This document shows positions 12,335-25,039 of a stretch of DNA of 64,000 bases, piece after piece. Each line of letters opens with the position of its first letter. The first letter of the stretch is position 1. The notes under the pieces were generated by a model. It was not told where the DNA came from and did no database searches. It saw only the letters and a list, made by a program, of their open reading frames with translations. The stretch comes from Vicugna vicugna (Eukaryota). The position numbers were made by a program, and so were the translations under genes. Location: assembly GCA_013265495.1 (NCBI GenBank), contig MU057711.1, positions 1,550,001 to 1,614,000 on the forward strand, given 5' to 3'.

Positions 12335-12378
12335 CAAACTCCAAATCAGAAATGGACTTAGTCATTAACAGGCTGAAA
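12335..12378 (+). pseudogene. Candidate pseudo-exon, best-preserved splice signals
   Basis: TTTTCTTTTGTTAG|CAAAC...CTGAAA|GTAAGG, 44 nt, open frame xNSKSEMDLVINRLK. Resembles family NxKSExxxxxxxLK. Confidence 0.6.
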
Positions 12379-12939
12379 GTAAGGAGAAAAGAACATAGCA
12401 ACATCTTACATGTTCAAACCAGAATGATTTGATAATGAAAAATACCTAAAATAATGTCCTCTCTCTTCCACTCAATGTTTCTTCACCAAGAAGAGTTCAG
12501 TTCACTCTTTGAATTCTCTGCCACCAGCCACAGTGTTTTAGTGAACCATGGTTTTAATATCTTTGAAAAATGGCACCTCTGTTCTGTAGTCGGTATACCA
12601 TTGTTAGCCTCCGTACAAAATACAAAGGAGACCTTACCAACCAGAAAAATCTAGAACCTAGCAATTCAAATACCACTCAGAGCAAATATTTAATCTAATA
12701 ACTGAAACTAAATGTTAGGCCTCATGGCAGCTCAATATTCACTAAACAAGTTTTAATAATAAGCCCACTGTATCCAGAGAAAAGAGAAGCAGCATGCCAC
12801 GTTAACATAGCCAAATCATTAACCTTTTATGTTCTGACTGTTGCCCTCTGAAAGGGCTCAGGATGACTGCAGCAAGCAAGGAGTTTGTTTTCAATGCCTT
12901 AAACACCCATTTAATACTCTATATTTTACATATTGCTTT

Positions 12940-13330
12940 TAATAACTAATATAATAAGTATAAAATACCAGGCTAGATTCTCTATGTGCATTGCTGTAAT
13001 TAATCATTGGAATAATCTTATGATTTATTAAATTTTCATTTTACAGATAAGGAAACCAGGGGTGAATAGATTGCCCAAGTTGAGCTGCAGTGTGTTGAGC
13101 GGGGACTTCAACCTATTCAGCCAGACAATTAAATTACACATCTTTACCAGGGATGCATCACATGAGCCTCATAACCAACTCTAAGATATGCAGGATGGAT
13201 AGGATTACTCCTGTTTCACAGATGGCAAAGTCGAGGTCCAGAGATGTGAGGTGATCTACCCAAAATACAGGGTGATGAGCAGGGGCACTGGACTGTGAAT
13301 TCTAATCATGCGGTTTCCTGCACCACTACC
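12940..13330. mobile_element. Two tandem MIR SINEs
   Basis: CATTTTACAGATAAGGAAAC (~13040) and CTGTTTCACAGATGGCAAAGTCGAGG (~13215) MIR cores. Confidence 0.75.
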
Positions 13331-14093
13331 ACTACTCAGATTTCTTCTGACCCTCGTGAGGGTGTGTTTTCTACATTTGTGTTTCTGGTTTGGAATTTAA
13401 CGCTCCATGGTTCTCTGTGTTCACTGCAACAGACATGCCACAGGACACCTTCATACTCAGCATCTCTGTTGGTGCCCCAACAGAGCTGTTGGCCAAATGC
13501 AGGAAAGGGGCTTGGTCTTGGTCACCACTGCCTTCCCCCCTCTCTGCTTTTTATTTGATGGAGACATTCCTTCTCCATTTAGTTCATTAGTGCCTTTATG
13601 TTCTTAAGCACCTCCCCATCATAAAAATGGAAAAGAAGCTATGAGTCACTGACACCTTAGCATGAATGTGCTTCTGTGGCTTCATCAAGGCTATGTGTGC
13701 CTCACTCTCTCTCTCTCACTGCAGAATGAAGGTCTCCAGACTGTCCTGAGAAGGATAAGCTGGGATGAGATTGCAAGAGACCTATTCCCCAGAGATACTT
13801 AGACTGCATAATTGTTGCAGATCAGGCATCTGGAGAGGTCTTTCCTCAGTAATAGGACTCTCAGCATATGCTCTCTCCCTTCTCTGCTCAAGCCAGGTGG
13901 ACTCGTGCCCTCCACTGTCTTCCAGTTTTTCAGGAATCCAGAAAACATTCTCCATTTTCCCAATGACCACGTATTCTTCCATCTTCCTGAGCCCCTGATG
14001 TGGCGACTGAGCTGATTTCGGAGTCACATAGGCTTAGAGCACAGCTCTTCCACTTCCTGCAACTGGCTGGCACCCCCAGGAAGCCACAATATG

Positions 14094-14095
<2 letters not shown>

Positions 14096-14128
<33 letters not shown>
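14096..14128. repeat. (TG)n microsatellite
   Basis: Read directly from the sequence. Confidence 0.95.
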
Positions 14129-14130
<2 letters not shown>

Positions 14131-14169
14131 TATAAGGCTCCCTTACAGATAGAAGGGAATGCATCAGAC

Positions 14170-15130
14170 TTTCAGCCCCATCCCTGGAGCAGCATCTCAT
14201 TTTGAGTTCCCCTAGAAGCAGATCTGAAGACAAGGGTTCAAGTGCAAGTGGCTTCTTTGGTGGTAACCCCATGAAGCACTGGTTGGAGGGTGGAGAAGTG
14301 AGGCAGGGAAAGGAAGGCTGTCAAAGGGCGTATTCAGAAGCCATTTACCACAGTGGAAACCCAGTGGGACCTCTGGGAGTCAGTGCAGATCCACCCTCAG
14401 CATCACTGCTCCTTGTCCTGGGGAGTAAGGGATGAGGGCTTCATTCACCAATGCCCTTTAGTCCATTGGTGAGAACTTCTGGGTGGTGATGGTTAATTTT
14501 CCCTCAATTCCAGTGTGCTCCTTTGGGGTCATAGAGGCTTTCCTTAATTTTAGAAAAATCCTCTGGGCCGAACAACACTGACTCCATTTTGTCAGCTCCA
14601 TCCCCGGCCTGCAGTCCTAACCCCTCCCCTTTCTGTGTGACTGAACTTAAGCCTACTCATAAGGAATGCATCCAGCCAGATGAGTTCCCTATCAGCTTTT
14701 ACCCTTGCTTCGTCAGATATGAAAACTGGAAGAATGCCTTTTGCAGATGCAGGTGATTGATGGTCATGAGACCAGCAGGGGAGGAAAGGCCCCTGATTCC
14801 CGTTGGCACTGATGTGCTTCTCACTTGCTGGTCAGACTTTGCTTTAGCTTTGGCTCCTTTAAGCCCCCCGTACCACTTTAAGCTCCACAGAGTGCAGCTG
14901 CGAATGTCTCCGCCCTTATCCTGCCTGTATATTAGTTACCCACAGTAAAACTTATAATTGCACTTCGTGGAGTTGCCCACTTCCTTTTTTGGTCTCGAAG
15001 TTTCTTCTCAGTTGGGAGGATATTATTCGATATCTACATCTCCCAACAGTAGACTTCCAGCTATCAGAGTCGGACTATGTTGATGGTGGTCCAAGGGCTG
15101 CAGGCTGAGTGCCTGTAGGGTTCTGTTTCA
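14170..15130. mobile_element. MLT1-type LTR interrupted by a younger LTR
   Basis: GAGTTCCCTAGAAGCAGATCTGAAGACAAGGGTTCAAGTGCAAGTGG...GGGAAGGAAGG is a typical MaLR LTR pattern. It resumes after ~15049. Confidence 0.55.
14564..15048 (+). mobile_element. Solo ERV (ERV1-like) LTR
   Basis: Starts ...AACAACACTGACTCCATTTTG, has an AGTAAA polyA-like signal at ~14944 and ends CCCAACA. More CpG retained than flanks. Confidence 0.6.
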
Positions 15131-15920
15131 GGTGTCTTGGGTGGTAGAGGATGTGCAGAGAGCCTTACCTGCTTGAGACTGTCTTAGTAAGGGTTTCTGT
15201 ATCCATACATTGAGAATTAAATTATTCACAGCATCAGAGAAGCCCATCACCACTGATGGTTATAGTAGGTGTGAAGAATTAATAACTAAGAAGGAGAGAA
15301 TGGAATGCTAAGCAGTTGGTTCCACTGAACACAAGTAAAGACTCCTACCATCATTGGTATGAACTGCTTATTAATGTCTGATTACAATGCTGCATAATAA
15401 TAATTATGCATGTCATTAAATATGTGTCAAATTAACTTTGTCATAAAATTTATGACAATATTAAGTTTTACTCACATGCTCAGCCTTCATAATTTATTGC
15501 TTATGTGGCATGGTTCTGACTTTTAAAAAACCTCTAAGACACTGTGGCTTTGATGACTACATTGCTTATCCATGAGTCTAGTTTCTCCACTCCTTTGGAA
15601 GTTTCATATTACATGATGATATTCATTGACTCTGCCTCCAGTGCTGCTATGGCAAAGCAGTTTCACTTGCCCAGTCATCATGGCTGAGGATCGCTCCTTC
15701 TGGCTGTGAGTGCTCCTGCCACGTACTATTAATTCAACAAACTTTTTACTTGACCCCAGCCATATAACAATCATGGTGCTAGATGGTGTGAATTTAGATA
15801 TGGATTAGAACCTTATTCTGTCCTCAGAGAGCTTATGGTCTAGTAGAGAATCACTTAGAGATGACTGTTCAAAAAGGGGGCAAAAATGAATAAAGGACTA
15901 CACACCTTCTGTTTCCCTAG

Positions 15921-15972
15921 GTGTGGAATAACAAAGATGTTCCTGTGCTTGGTTTCCAGAAAACAGCTCTAA
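15921..15972 (+). pseudogene. Candidate pseudo-exon (Yxx[YF]xxFL region)
   Basis: Good acceptor CCTTCTGTTTCCCTAG|. One frame reads CGITKMFLCLVSRK, positioned where the family has YxxYKxFLxxxS. Phase does not join cleanly to 12378. Confidence 0.3.
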
Positions 15973-17524
15973 AGCTACCAGTCATCATGTTGTGCCTTCA
16001 GAAATGAGTAGTGTTGTAGGATGGTACTCATTGCATGACCTTAGCTTTTTGTGCTGGCTGAGAATTTGATAAATGAAAACCATTCACTGGTAAAAATATA
16101 AGTGTTTCCTTTAGCCAAGTGCACAGTGGTAGCGCCTTTTTAGAATCCAAGTCTAAAGATGTCATCAAACCCTAGATCCACACAGTTCTTAACAGAAGAA
16201 CCAGAAGAACTTTACTATTCACAACAAAGGCAAAATGCTATCAAGAATAAGGCTTAGTATCACAGGGGGAAAAGCCAAATATGTTCTTGAGGTTTGTAAG
16301 TTTACGTAAAAAGGATGTATTATGAAGCCAAGCTTACCATTGTCAGCTCTCAGAATTGCACCTGGCAAGAGAAATCAGGGTCAAGAATGGAATGGAAATG
16401 GTCAGCAGCAGACAGACCAGGGAGAAGATTAGTGTTGGTCATGGGGTCCAATGACCTCCGGAAGGTTCTAGAATGGATCTGGCTGTGGGTTAAGTAAGTG
16501 GATCTAGGTCACACATATAGAGGAAAAAAAGGTTAGTGTGGAGAGAAATAGCTTACTTTTAGCCCTTTTAAAGAATTATATTTTCCTAAATGCCAGCCTA
16601 GGGTCATTCCAGATGATCATGCAATTTAAGGCTGTGGTATACCCATAGCAAATAAATAGCCCCAGGGATATCAGGGAAATCCAATCATAGCAACTAGGTT
16701 TGAAACAATTCCATCCTTCCTTTGTCTACAGCAGTGATTAGAGGCAAAATCCCAGTGTATAAAAATGCATGTATTAGCACATTCTTAAGAAAGGGTCTGG
16801 ACCACTCTCTCCCTCCACACCAAAGCTGTACAGTAGTTGAGTCCCCTGTGTTAGTAGGAAGCGTTGCCACCCACTCACTCCTTCAAGGTAGAACTTCAAG
16901 ACCACCATGGAATCCTCCTTGGTTCTCCACTCCCAACAGGGCAGAAAGTCTCACATCTTTTTAAATATTTCTCAGTTCTCTACTTTTCTTCTCAATACCA
17001 CAGCCTTTTCTGTGTTCACAGCCCTTAGTGAAAACAAATGAGTTTCTCACTTCTATTCTTTCCCCTCTTCAAGCCATCTCTCAGAGCCCATGGCAGTGGC
17101 TTCTCCCACTTGCCTAGAGAATTAAGTTCAAACAATTTGTAACTGGTCCTTGGCTGACTTTGCTCTTCTCCACTCTAGCCCCTCTGAGCTCACCTACAAT
17201 CTCTGGATATGCCAAACACTTCACTATTTTCCTTACCTATACTCACCCTCTACCCAGCTCACTACCTTTCTGAAACTTTCCAAAACCCACCCAGGCAGAA
17301 TTAATCACTTCTGCATCTGTATTCCAAAAGCAAAGTTTCCATTACAGTGTTTATCATGCTGATTATGGTTATTTACTTGTCAATCTTAATTAGCTTTGTA
17401 AAACCTAGTGCAGTAATTGAAACAGAGTCGATACTCAAACATGGATTTATTTTTAACTTAAAATGAGATGAGGATTTTAGGATGCCAGAATCTTTGGGTC
17501 AAAAAGAAATTGGCTTGATTTTTA

Positions 17525-18075
17525 TGTCAGGCAGAGTTCTATGTTTCAAGCAGTATAACCAACTCTAGTTAATTCAACAGTAAAGGGATGAATTGAAGGC
17601 TGTTGGGTTGCTTGAAGACTTCCTGGGAGGTCCACAGAGACAGATGTTGGGTGCCCTAGAAGCAAGAGCAATGCATAAAGTTTCTGCAGAGAACCAATTT
17701 ACCCCTGCTGCTGGGTGCAGATTCCTTCAGGTGTGGCACCTGGACCTCAAGCCTAACACTAGGCTCAGCTTCTTCATCTGGAAACTGATGTAGTTCCTAG
17801 TGCTGCTGCCACCCCAGCCAAAATGTCCCCCTTGTCCTGTGTCATGTCAAGAGTCAAGCTCCATCTGACTGGTTGAGCCTGGACTGTCTGAGCCCTAGCT
17901 GCAGGGGAGGCTGGGAAAGTGAGCATGTGTCTTCCATGTGGTTGTTTGGTCTCCAGCTCCCACCCAGAGCTGTGAGGTAGGAAAAGCCCTAGACAAAAAA
18001 GGGTAGCTCAGATGTTGTGGGTGGGGGGAAGGATTTAAGGAAGGTGCAAAAAGGATGACAAATGTCCACTAGAAC
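17525..18075. mobile_element. MLT1-type LTR
   Basis: TGTCAGGCAGAGTTCT..TTCAAGCA...CCTAGCTGCAGGGGAGGCTGGGAAAGTGAG...AAATGTCCACTA. Confidence 0.65.
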
Positions 18076-20124
18076 TTTCTTTCAGGACACCAAGAACCTA
18101 ATTAAGAACTTCCTTTGTTGGTATATCTGAGTCTTAACAGGGAAAAAATAATGGCATGATCAAATTGGGTGACTGGAGGAGAAATTAATAAAGGGGATAT
18201 TTACAAAGTGCGAACAGGGGACAGTGCAGTACTCTAGGACTAGTAACAAGAGCTGTTACCACCCCAGGCCTGAAGAATCAAGTAGGGGGAGTAGTTACCA
18301 GACCTTCAGAGAAAGAGAAAGTCACCTGGCAGGAGCCAAGACCACAAAAAAGAGACACAGCCAGCCCTGGGCAACCCCTCAGGGAGAGAATCAGAGTTGT
18401 AAATGCCCTGACTCTCTTCCTTCCTTTCCTGTGAAACCCTGCTGAGGCTCCCATTGGCCCTAACCAGAAACCAGAGCACCAGGGAGCCCATTCAGGCTGT
18501 TCACACTAGTCTGTCTTGTGGGGCTCATGGCTTGTTGGAGAAGGGGAGAGCAGATCTGGATGCACAAACAGAAGATATGCAGCATGTGAGGCTTAATCAA
18601 TATGTCACCAGCATTTTTCTTTTCATTTTATTCAATATCTCCTTTGGGGATGTCACTTTAAATTTTCAGTTCCCCAGCCTACAAGATCGATGATCTTAAA
18701 GCATCCTTCTCATATCGAGTTTAACAAGATTCTATTTTCCCCTTGTTTGCTATTTAGAATGCTCTATTGTATAGTTCAACAATCTTCACCATTAAAGGTT
18801 AGCAAATGCCAACCAGTTCATTTTTTTTTCCTTCACAGGCTTGGAGAAAAGGGTGAGACTTGTGACCTGTGCACACACATTGTTAAGAACCTCCCTTTCC
18901 AAATCTTCATGCACATCATCCTTACATATTGTCTCAGCCCAGGAGATTTCCTGCCACTCATCTCTGTCTCCTCCTCATTAAAATCCAGGCTTCCTAAGAA
19001 AGCAGGTGTAAGAACCGTCACTAAAATGAGCCCCATGCCATTACCAGCATGTATGAACCCCTTAAGGATTTATGCGATGTAACCCCTAATCCTTTTGAGG
19101 TATATGGTAACGCCTGTGAAAATAACCAGTTCTTGGCTATTTACTCTGGGAACGAATGCTGAGAAGAAAGCGTCATCATTGTCTTCGATTATATTGCAGG
19201 TTCCTTCACAGAATATGGAAACCAGTTGTTTTCCATCCTCCTGGAAACCTCTACTAGGGGAACTGAGGTGTCTCATGAGCTATTTAGATAAAAGAAGAAT
19301 ATTAATTTTTACTTCCAAAAATTGCATTAACAAAATTCTTACTTTAAAAATGCAGATGATTGAGAAGTACACAGAGTTAAGGGCAGAAGTCATCCTTTAT
19401 GTGTGTCCACTTCCTTCTCTACCCTTGTCCCCACCTATGCCCCAGCAACATTAGCAGAATGGCAGAGAAAGAAAGATTTTTTTAAACACATTATTCCAAG
19501 CTGTGTCCTCAGGGGTTGTTGAAGGTGGGGTCTTGAAGCAGTATTTGCTCTGCTGCTCTGTCCAGAGCCAGGCAGCCCTTGGGTCTCTGAGGCTGACACA
19601 GAGAGCTCTCTGTGCCTCTCAACCTGCGAGCACAAAAGCCATCGGTGAGGCTGCAGACTGGGGCTGTGTCACATGGCAACCTCTTGCAAGGGGTCTCTGA
19701 GCTCTTCCATCCTTTTATTCATTTTAAGTGCTAACTGTACTTTTTTGACTTGCCACTTTCCTACCAAAATAGGGATAGGCTTTGTTAATTTTTTTTAATT
19801 TTGGGTGAAGGACTCTACTGCTAGTGAATACTTGAAATTCCCAGGTAAGTTTTCTTGGCATTTGTGGACCTCAAACACCAAGAGCATTTGCTTGCCAAGA
19901 GCAGAATATGTACACTTCTGTTAGAAGGAGGTGTCTGTGGAATGAGTTTGGTTGATACTTAATGTAAGCGTAGGAATACTTGTTTCCAGTGTGACACCAA
20001 ACACATTAGTTTTCCACATGGATTTCAGGGTTGTGTTAGGACTTTGAATGCTTCTCATGTCCTTTGTCCTGTAGAAAGAACTCCCAGACCTGGCCTTCCC
20101 TGGGTCTTTCTCTTCTCTAATCTG

Positions 20125-20895
20125 TCAGACTGTAACATCAAAACCCAAATCTAACCACTTCTCACACCGTCTCCACCACTGACACCGTGGCCCAAAGACC
20201 ATCATGTGTCCCAGGGAGTGTTACTGTGCCTCGTCATATTGTCCCTGCTTCCACCCTCCATCCCCTACAGTCTGCTCTCAGTACAGTAGCCATCATGAAC
20301 CTTTGGAACATAACTCAGATCCTGTCACTCTTCCACTCAAAACAACCCAGAGGATCCCACCCCTCATGGTCAGAGTGGAAGCTCAAGTCCTTACAATGGC
20401 TGACAGGTCATTACACTGTCACTTCCCCTCGCTCCTTGTCTCTGAGATCTCTCCTGTCCCTCTCCCTCTCACTCACTCACTCACTCCACACTGGCCCCTC
20501 TGCTGTACTCTGGCTTCAGAAGTTGTTACCTCTGCTTCATGAGCTCTTCTAATATCTGCAGTGTCTGCTCTCTCACCTCCTTCAAGCAATTGCTCCAGCA
20601 ACACCTTCTCCATGAGCCCTACCCTACCTTCTTTTAAAATTGTAACCTGACTTCTCCCAAATTCGGATTTCCTGTAGCTCCTCTGTTTTTCCCATAGTAT
20701 TCGTTACTTTCTGGCATGCTATAAAGTTTACCTATGTATCATGCTCCTTGCTTGGGTTCTCCATCAGAAGATAAGTTCCACAAAGGTAGGGATCCTTATT
20801 ATTTTGTTGTTATTATTCACTGATATGTCCCCCATGCCTAGACACATAATAGGCACTCAATAAATATTTGTTGAATGAATAAATGTATGAATGAA
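20125..20895 (+). mobile_element. LINE2 3' region
   Basis: Ends with AGGCACTCAATAAATATTTGTTGAATGAATAAATG, the L2 3' terminus. Upstream pyrimidine-rich L2 body. Confidence 0.85.
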
Positions 20896-21129
20896 CCCAT
20901 TCTGAATTTCAATGGAAAAAATTACCAGACTATGACAATGTTACATAAGCATTCAGAGACACATTGACCATCCAGACCCCAAAGTGAGCAAGGATCTTTT
21001 CCTGGTGACCAGAGCATTGCTTCTTCTTCTGCCATGTCCTGGTGTTCTGAAATGAGAGATGATGAGATCTATGTGGCACTTTCCTTTCATCAGTAAGACA
21101 GCTAAGAGATAATAATAATAATAGCTTAC

Positions 21130-21349
21130 TATCAATATGATGTTTAATATGTTCATATAAGCTTCACATATATTAAGTCATTTAATCCTTACAGCAACCC
21201 AGTGGGGAGGGCTTAATGATTTTCTTTATTTTAAAGATGAGGCCAGAGACATAAAAGGATTAAGAAATTTGCTTATAGTCAGGTAGATAGTAAGTGGTAT
21301 ATTTGGACCAGGATCCAGGGCATTTGTGTCTAGAATCTATGCTCTAAAC
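21130..21349. mobile_element. MIR SINE (host of the MER3 insertion, resumes at ~24493)
   Basis: TCATTTAATCCTTACAGCAACCC...ATTTTAAAGATGAGG...AGAATCTATGCTCTAAAC. Confidence 0.75.
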
Positions 21350-24300
21350 CAGTGCTGTCCAATAGAACATTCTGTGATGAAGGAAATGTTCCATATCTGA
21401 GATGTATAATATGATAGCCTCTAGCCATAAGTGGCCACTGAGCATTTGAAATGTCGCTTGAGTTCATGAGGAAATGAATTTTTAATTGTGCTTAACTTTT
21501 TTTTCTCTTCCCTCACTACCCACCTCTGGCAACCACTTACTTGTTCTCTGTATCTATAATTCTGTTTCTGTTTTGTTATGTTTGTTCATTTGTTTTGATT
21601 TTAGATTCCACATATAAGTGAAATGATACAGTATTTTTCTTTCTCTGTCTGACTTATTTCACTTAGCATAATACCCTCTAGGTCCATCCATGTCATCACA
21701 AGTGTCAAGATTTCATTTTTATGGCTGAGTAATATTCCATTGTGCATATATACCACATCTTCTTTATCATTCATCTATCAATGGGTGCTCGAGTTGTTTT
21801 TGTATCTTGACTATTGTAAATAATGATGCAAGGAACATAGGGGTACATGTATCTTTTCAAATTAGTATTTTTGTTTTCTTAGGATAAATATCCAATGGTG
21901 GAATTGCTAGATTATATGGTAGTTCTATTTTTAATTTTCTGAGGAATATCCATGTTTTCCAAAGTGGCTATGCCAATTTACATTCCCACCAATAGTGCAC
22001 AAATTTTCCCTTCTCTCCACATCCTTGCTAACACGTGTTATTTGTTGTCTTTTTAATAATAGTCATACTGACAGGTGTGAAGTGGTACCTCACTGTGGTT
22101 TTGATTTGCATTTCCCTGATGATTAGTGATGTTGAACATCTTTTCATGTACCTGTTGGACATCGCCATGTCTTCTTTGGAAAAATGTCTGTTCTGATCTT
22201 CTTCCCATTTTTTAATCAGGTTATCTGTTTTCTTGATGATAAGTTATATAGTTCATTGTATATTTTTTGGATACTAACTCATCAGATATATTGTTTGCAA
22301 ATATTTTCTCCCATTCTGTAGGTTGCCCTTTCCTATTATTAATAATTTTCTTTGCTGTTCAGAACCTTTTTAGTTTGTAATATTTCCGTTTGTTTTCACT
22401 TTTGTTTCCCTTGCCTGATGAGATATATTCAAAAAATATTAGTAAGATCAAAGTCAGAGCATAATGCCTGCGTTTCCTTCCAGAAGTTTTATGGTTTCAG
22501 GTCTTACATTTAAGTCTTTAATTCATTTTGAATTTATTTTTGCGCATATTGTGAGAGAGAGAGAGAGAGTATAGTTTGATTCTTTTGTATGTAGTTGTCC
22601 AGTTTTCCCAACACTATTTATGAGGCTGTCTTTTCCCTGTTGTATATTCTTGCCTCCTTTATCATGGATTAATTGCCCATGTAAATGTGGGTTTATTTCT
22701 GTGCTCTTGACTCTGTTCCATTGATATGTGTGACCTTTTTTGTGCCAGCACCATGCTCTTTTGATTACTGCAGCTTTGTAGGAGACTTTGAAATCAGGGA
22801 GCATGATACCTCCAGCTTTGTTTTTCTTTCTCAAGATTATTTTGGATGTACAAGGTCCTTTGTGCTTCCACACAAATTTTATAATTATTTGTATTAGTTC
22901 TGTGAGAAATGCCATTGGTATTTTGATAGGGATTGCATTGAATCTGTATATTGCCTTTGGTAGTATGGTTATTTTAACAATATCAATTCTTCCAATCTAT
23001 GAGTATGGTATATCTTTCCCTCTGTTTGTCACATCTTCAATTTCTTTCATCAATGTCCTATAGTTTTTGAGTACAGGTCTTTTACCTCCTTAGTTAGATT
23101 TATTGCTAGGTATTTTATTCTTTTTGATGCAATTGTCAATGGTGTTGTTTTCTTAATTTCTCTTTCTAATAGCTGTTGTTAATGTACAGAAATGCAACCA
23201 ATTTCTGTATATTAATTGAGTATCCTGCAACTTACATTGATTGTAAAGCTTGCATTATTGATGAGTTCTGTTAGTGTTCTGGAGGTATATTTAGGATATT
23301 CTATGTATGGTATCATGCCATCTGCAAACAGTGACAGTTTTACTGCTTCCTTTCAAATTTGGATTCCTTTTATTTCTTTTTCTTGTTTGATTGCTGGGAC
23401 TTCCAATATAATTTTGAATAAAAGTGGCAAGAGTGGATATCCTTATCTTGTCCCTGATCTTGGAGGAAATGCTATCAGCTTTTCACTGTTGAGTATGATG
23501 TTAGCTGTGGGCTTGTCAAATATGACCTTTATTATATTGAAGTATGTTTCCTCTATACTCACTTTGTTGAGAATTTTTGTTATAAATCTACGTGGAATTT
23601 TGTCAGAAGCTTTCTCTGCACCTATTGAGATAGTTATATGATTTTTATTCTTCTGTTTGTCCATGTGGTGCATCACACTGATTTATAGATACTGAACCAT
23701 CCTTGCATGGTTAACTGGGATAAATCCCACTTGATCATGGTATATGATCCTTTTCATGTATTATTGAATTCAGTTTGCTAATATTTTATTGAGGATTATT
23801 GCATCTATGTTCATCAGTGATATTGGTCTGTAATTTTTTTTTGTAACATCTTTGTTTTTGGTATCAGAATGATCCTGACCTTGTAGAATGTGTCCAGAAG
23901 TGACCCTTCCTCTACAATTTTTTGCAATAGTTTAAGAAAGATAGACATTTACTCTTCTCTAAATGTTTGGTAGAACTCACCAGTGAAGCCATATGTTTCT
24001 GGGTTTTTGTTTGTTGGGAGTTTATTGATTGTTGATTCAATTTCATTACTGATAATTGGTCTGTTCATATTTTCTATTTCTTCCTTGTTAAGTCTTGGGA
24101 GATTGTACATTTCTAGGAACAGGTTGTCTTGTCCATTTTATTGGTGTATAATTGTTCATAGTAATCTCTGTCATGATCCTTTATGATCCTTTTTATTTCT
24201 GTGGTGTTGGTTATAACTTCTCCTTTTTCATTTCTGATTTTATTGTTTGGACCCTCTCTTTTTTCTTGATGAGTCCAGCTACAGGTTTATCAATTTTATT

Positions 24301-24484
24301 TATCTTTTCAAAGAACCAGCTCTTAGTTTCATCTATCTTTTTTATTGTCTTTTAGTCTCTAGTTCATTTATTTCTGCTCTAATCTTTATGATTTCTTCCA
24401 TTCTACTAACTTTGGGTTCTGTATTTACTTTTAATTAACTTAAATTTAAATAAAATCATGCTGTTACTGTACTGAACAGCTCAG
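21350..24484. mobile_element. MER3-like hAT-Charlie MITE split by an L1 (halves ~21350-21500 and ~24420-24484)
   Basis: Begins CAGTGCTGTCCAATAGAAC. 8-bp TSD CTCTAAAC at 21342-21349 and 24485-24492. Confidence 0.8.
21501..24419 (-). mobile_element. 5'-truncated L1 (ORF2 RT/C-terminal part and 3' UTR), degenerate
   Basis: Minus-strand ORFs 22523-22915 ([23 protein letters not shown]...QWNR) and 23443-23676 (HITISIGAEKASDKI..KPTANIILN.EKL.AFP.RSGTR) are L1 ORF2. Confidence 0.95.
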
Positions 24485-24548
24485 CTCTAAACCAGTATAC
24501 TATGGTGCATCTTAGATATAACTGTCTCACTATTATTTAAATCCAAAG

Positions 24549-24630
24549 ATGCATCTTTGTGAGATTCCATGAAATGATGCAATCCAAAAATTTAATGTCT
24601 TCCCCAAAATGCAACCATAACTTAAGAAAT
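24549..24630 (+). pseudogene. Candidate pseudo-exon
   Basis: AAAG|ATGCAT...AAGAAAT|GTATGT, reading MHLCEIP*NDAIQKFNVFPKMQP*LKK. Same spacing as CCDC42-type EIxEVIxRYxTLxxMxxDL. Confidence 0.5.
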
Positions 24631-25039
24631 GTATGTCTCTCTGATTTCAATGCTCTCTCAGACAAAAAAAATTGTTGTCCAAATACACTATGTTTTTTTT
24701 GTTGAAAGAAATGGAGACTCAAACTATTCTGACTCTAAGTTTTCCCTATTTAAGAGCATAATTGTGTAAAATAAAAATAAAGAAAAGCTAATAACAAGAG
24801 GCATGACAAGAAGCATGACACTGCAGGTTAAGCTGCAAATCACAAGTTACATTTCTTTTGATTTTTAAATTATATATTTTTATTTTGGAAAACTGAAGAA
24901 ATATATAACTTTTAAAAAGAGAGAGAGAGAAAGCAACCAGAAATATTCCCACCACCTGGAATTAATCACTGACATATTTGATTCAGTCTTTTTTCTATGT
25001 ATATAATGCATTTTAAATTATTCAAATGTTAAATGAGTG

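Noticed and set aside
22523..23676. ORFs with reverse-transcriptase-like peptides
   Set aside because: Fragments of a degenerate L1 ORF2, not a host gene or novel RT system.
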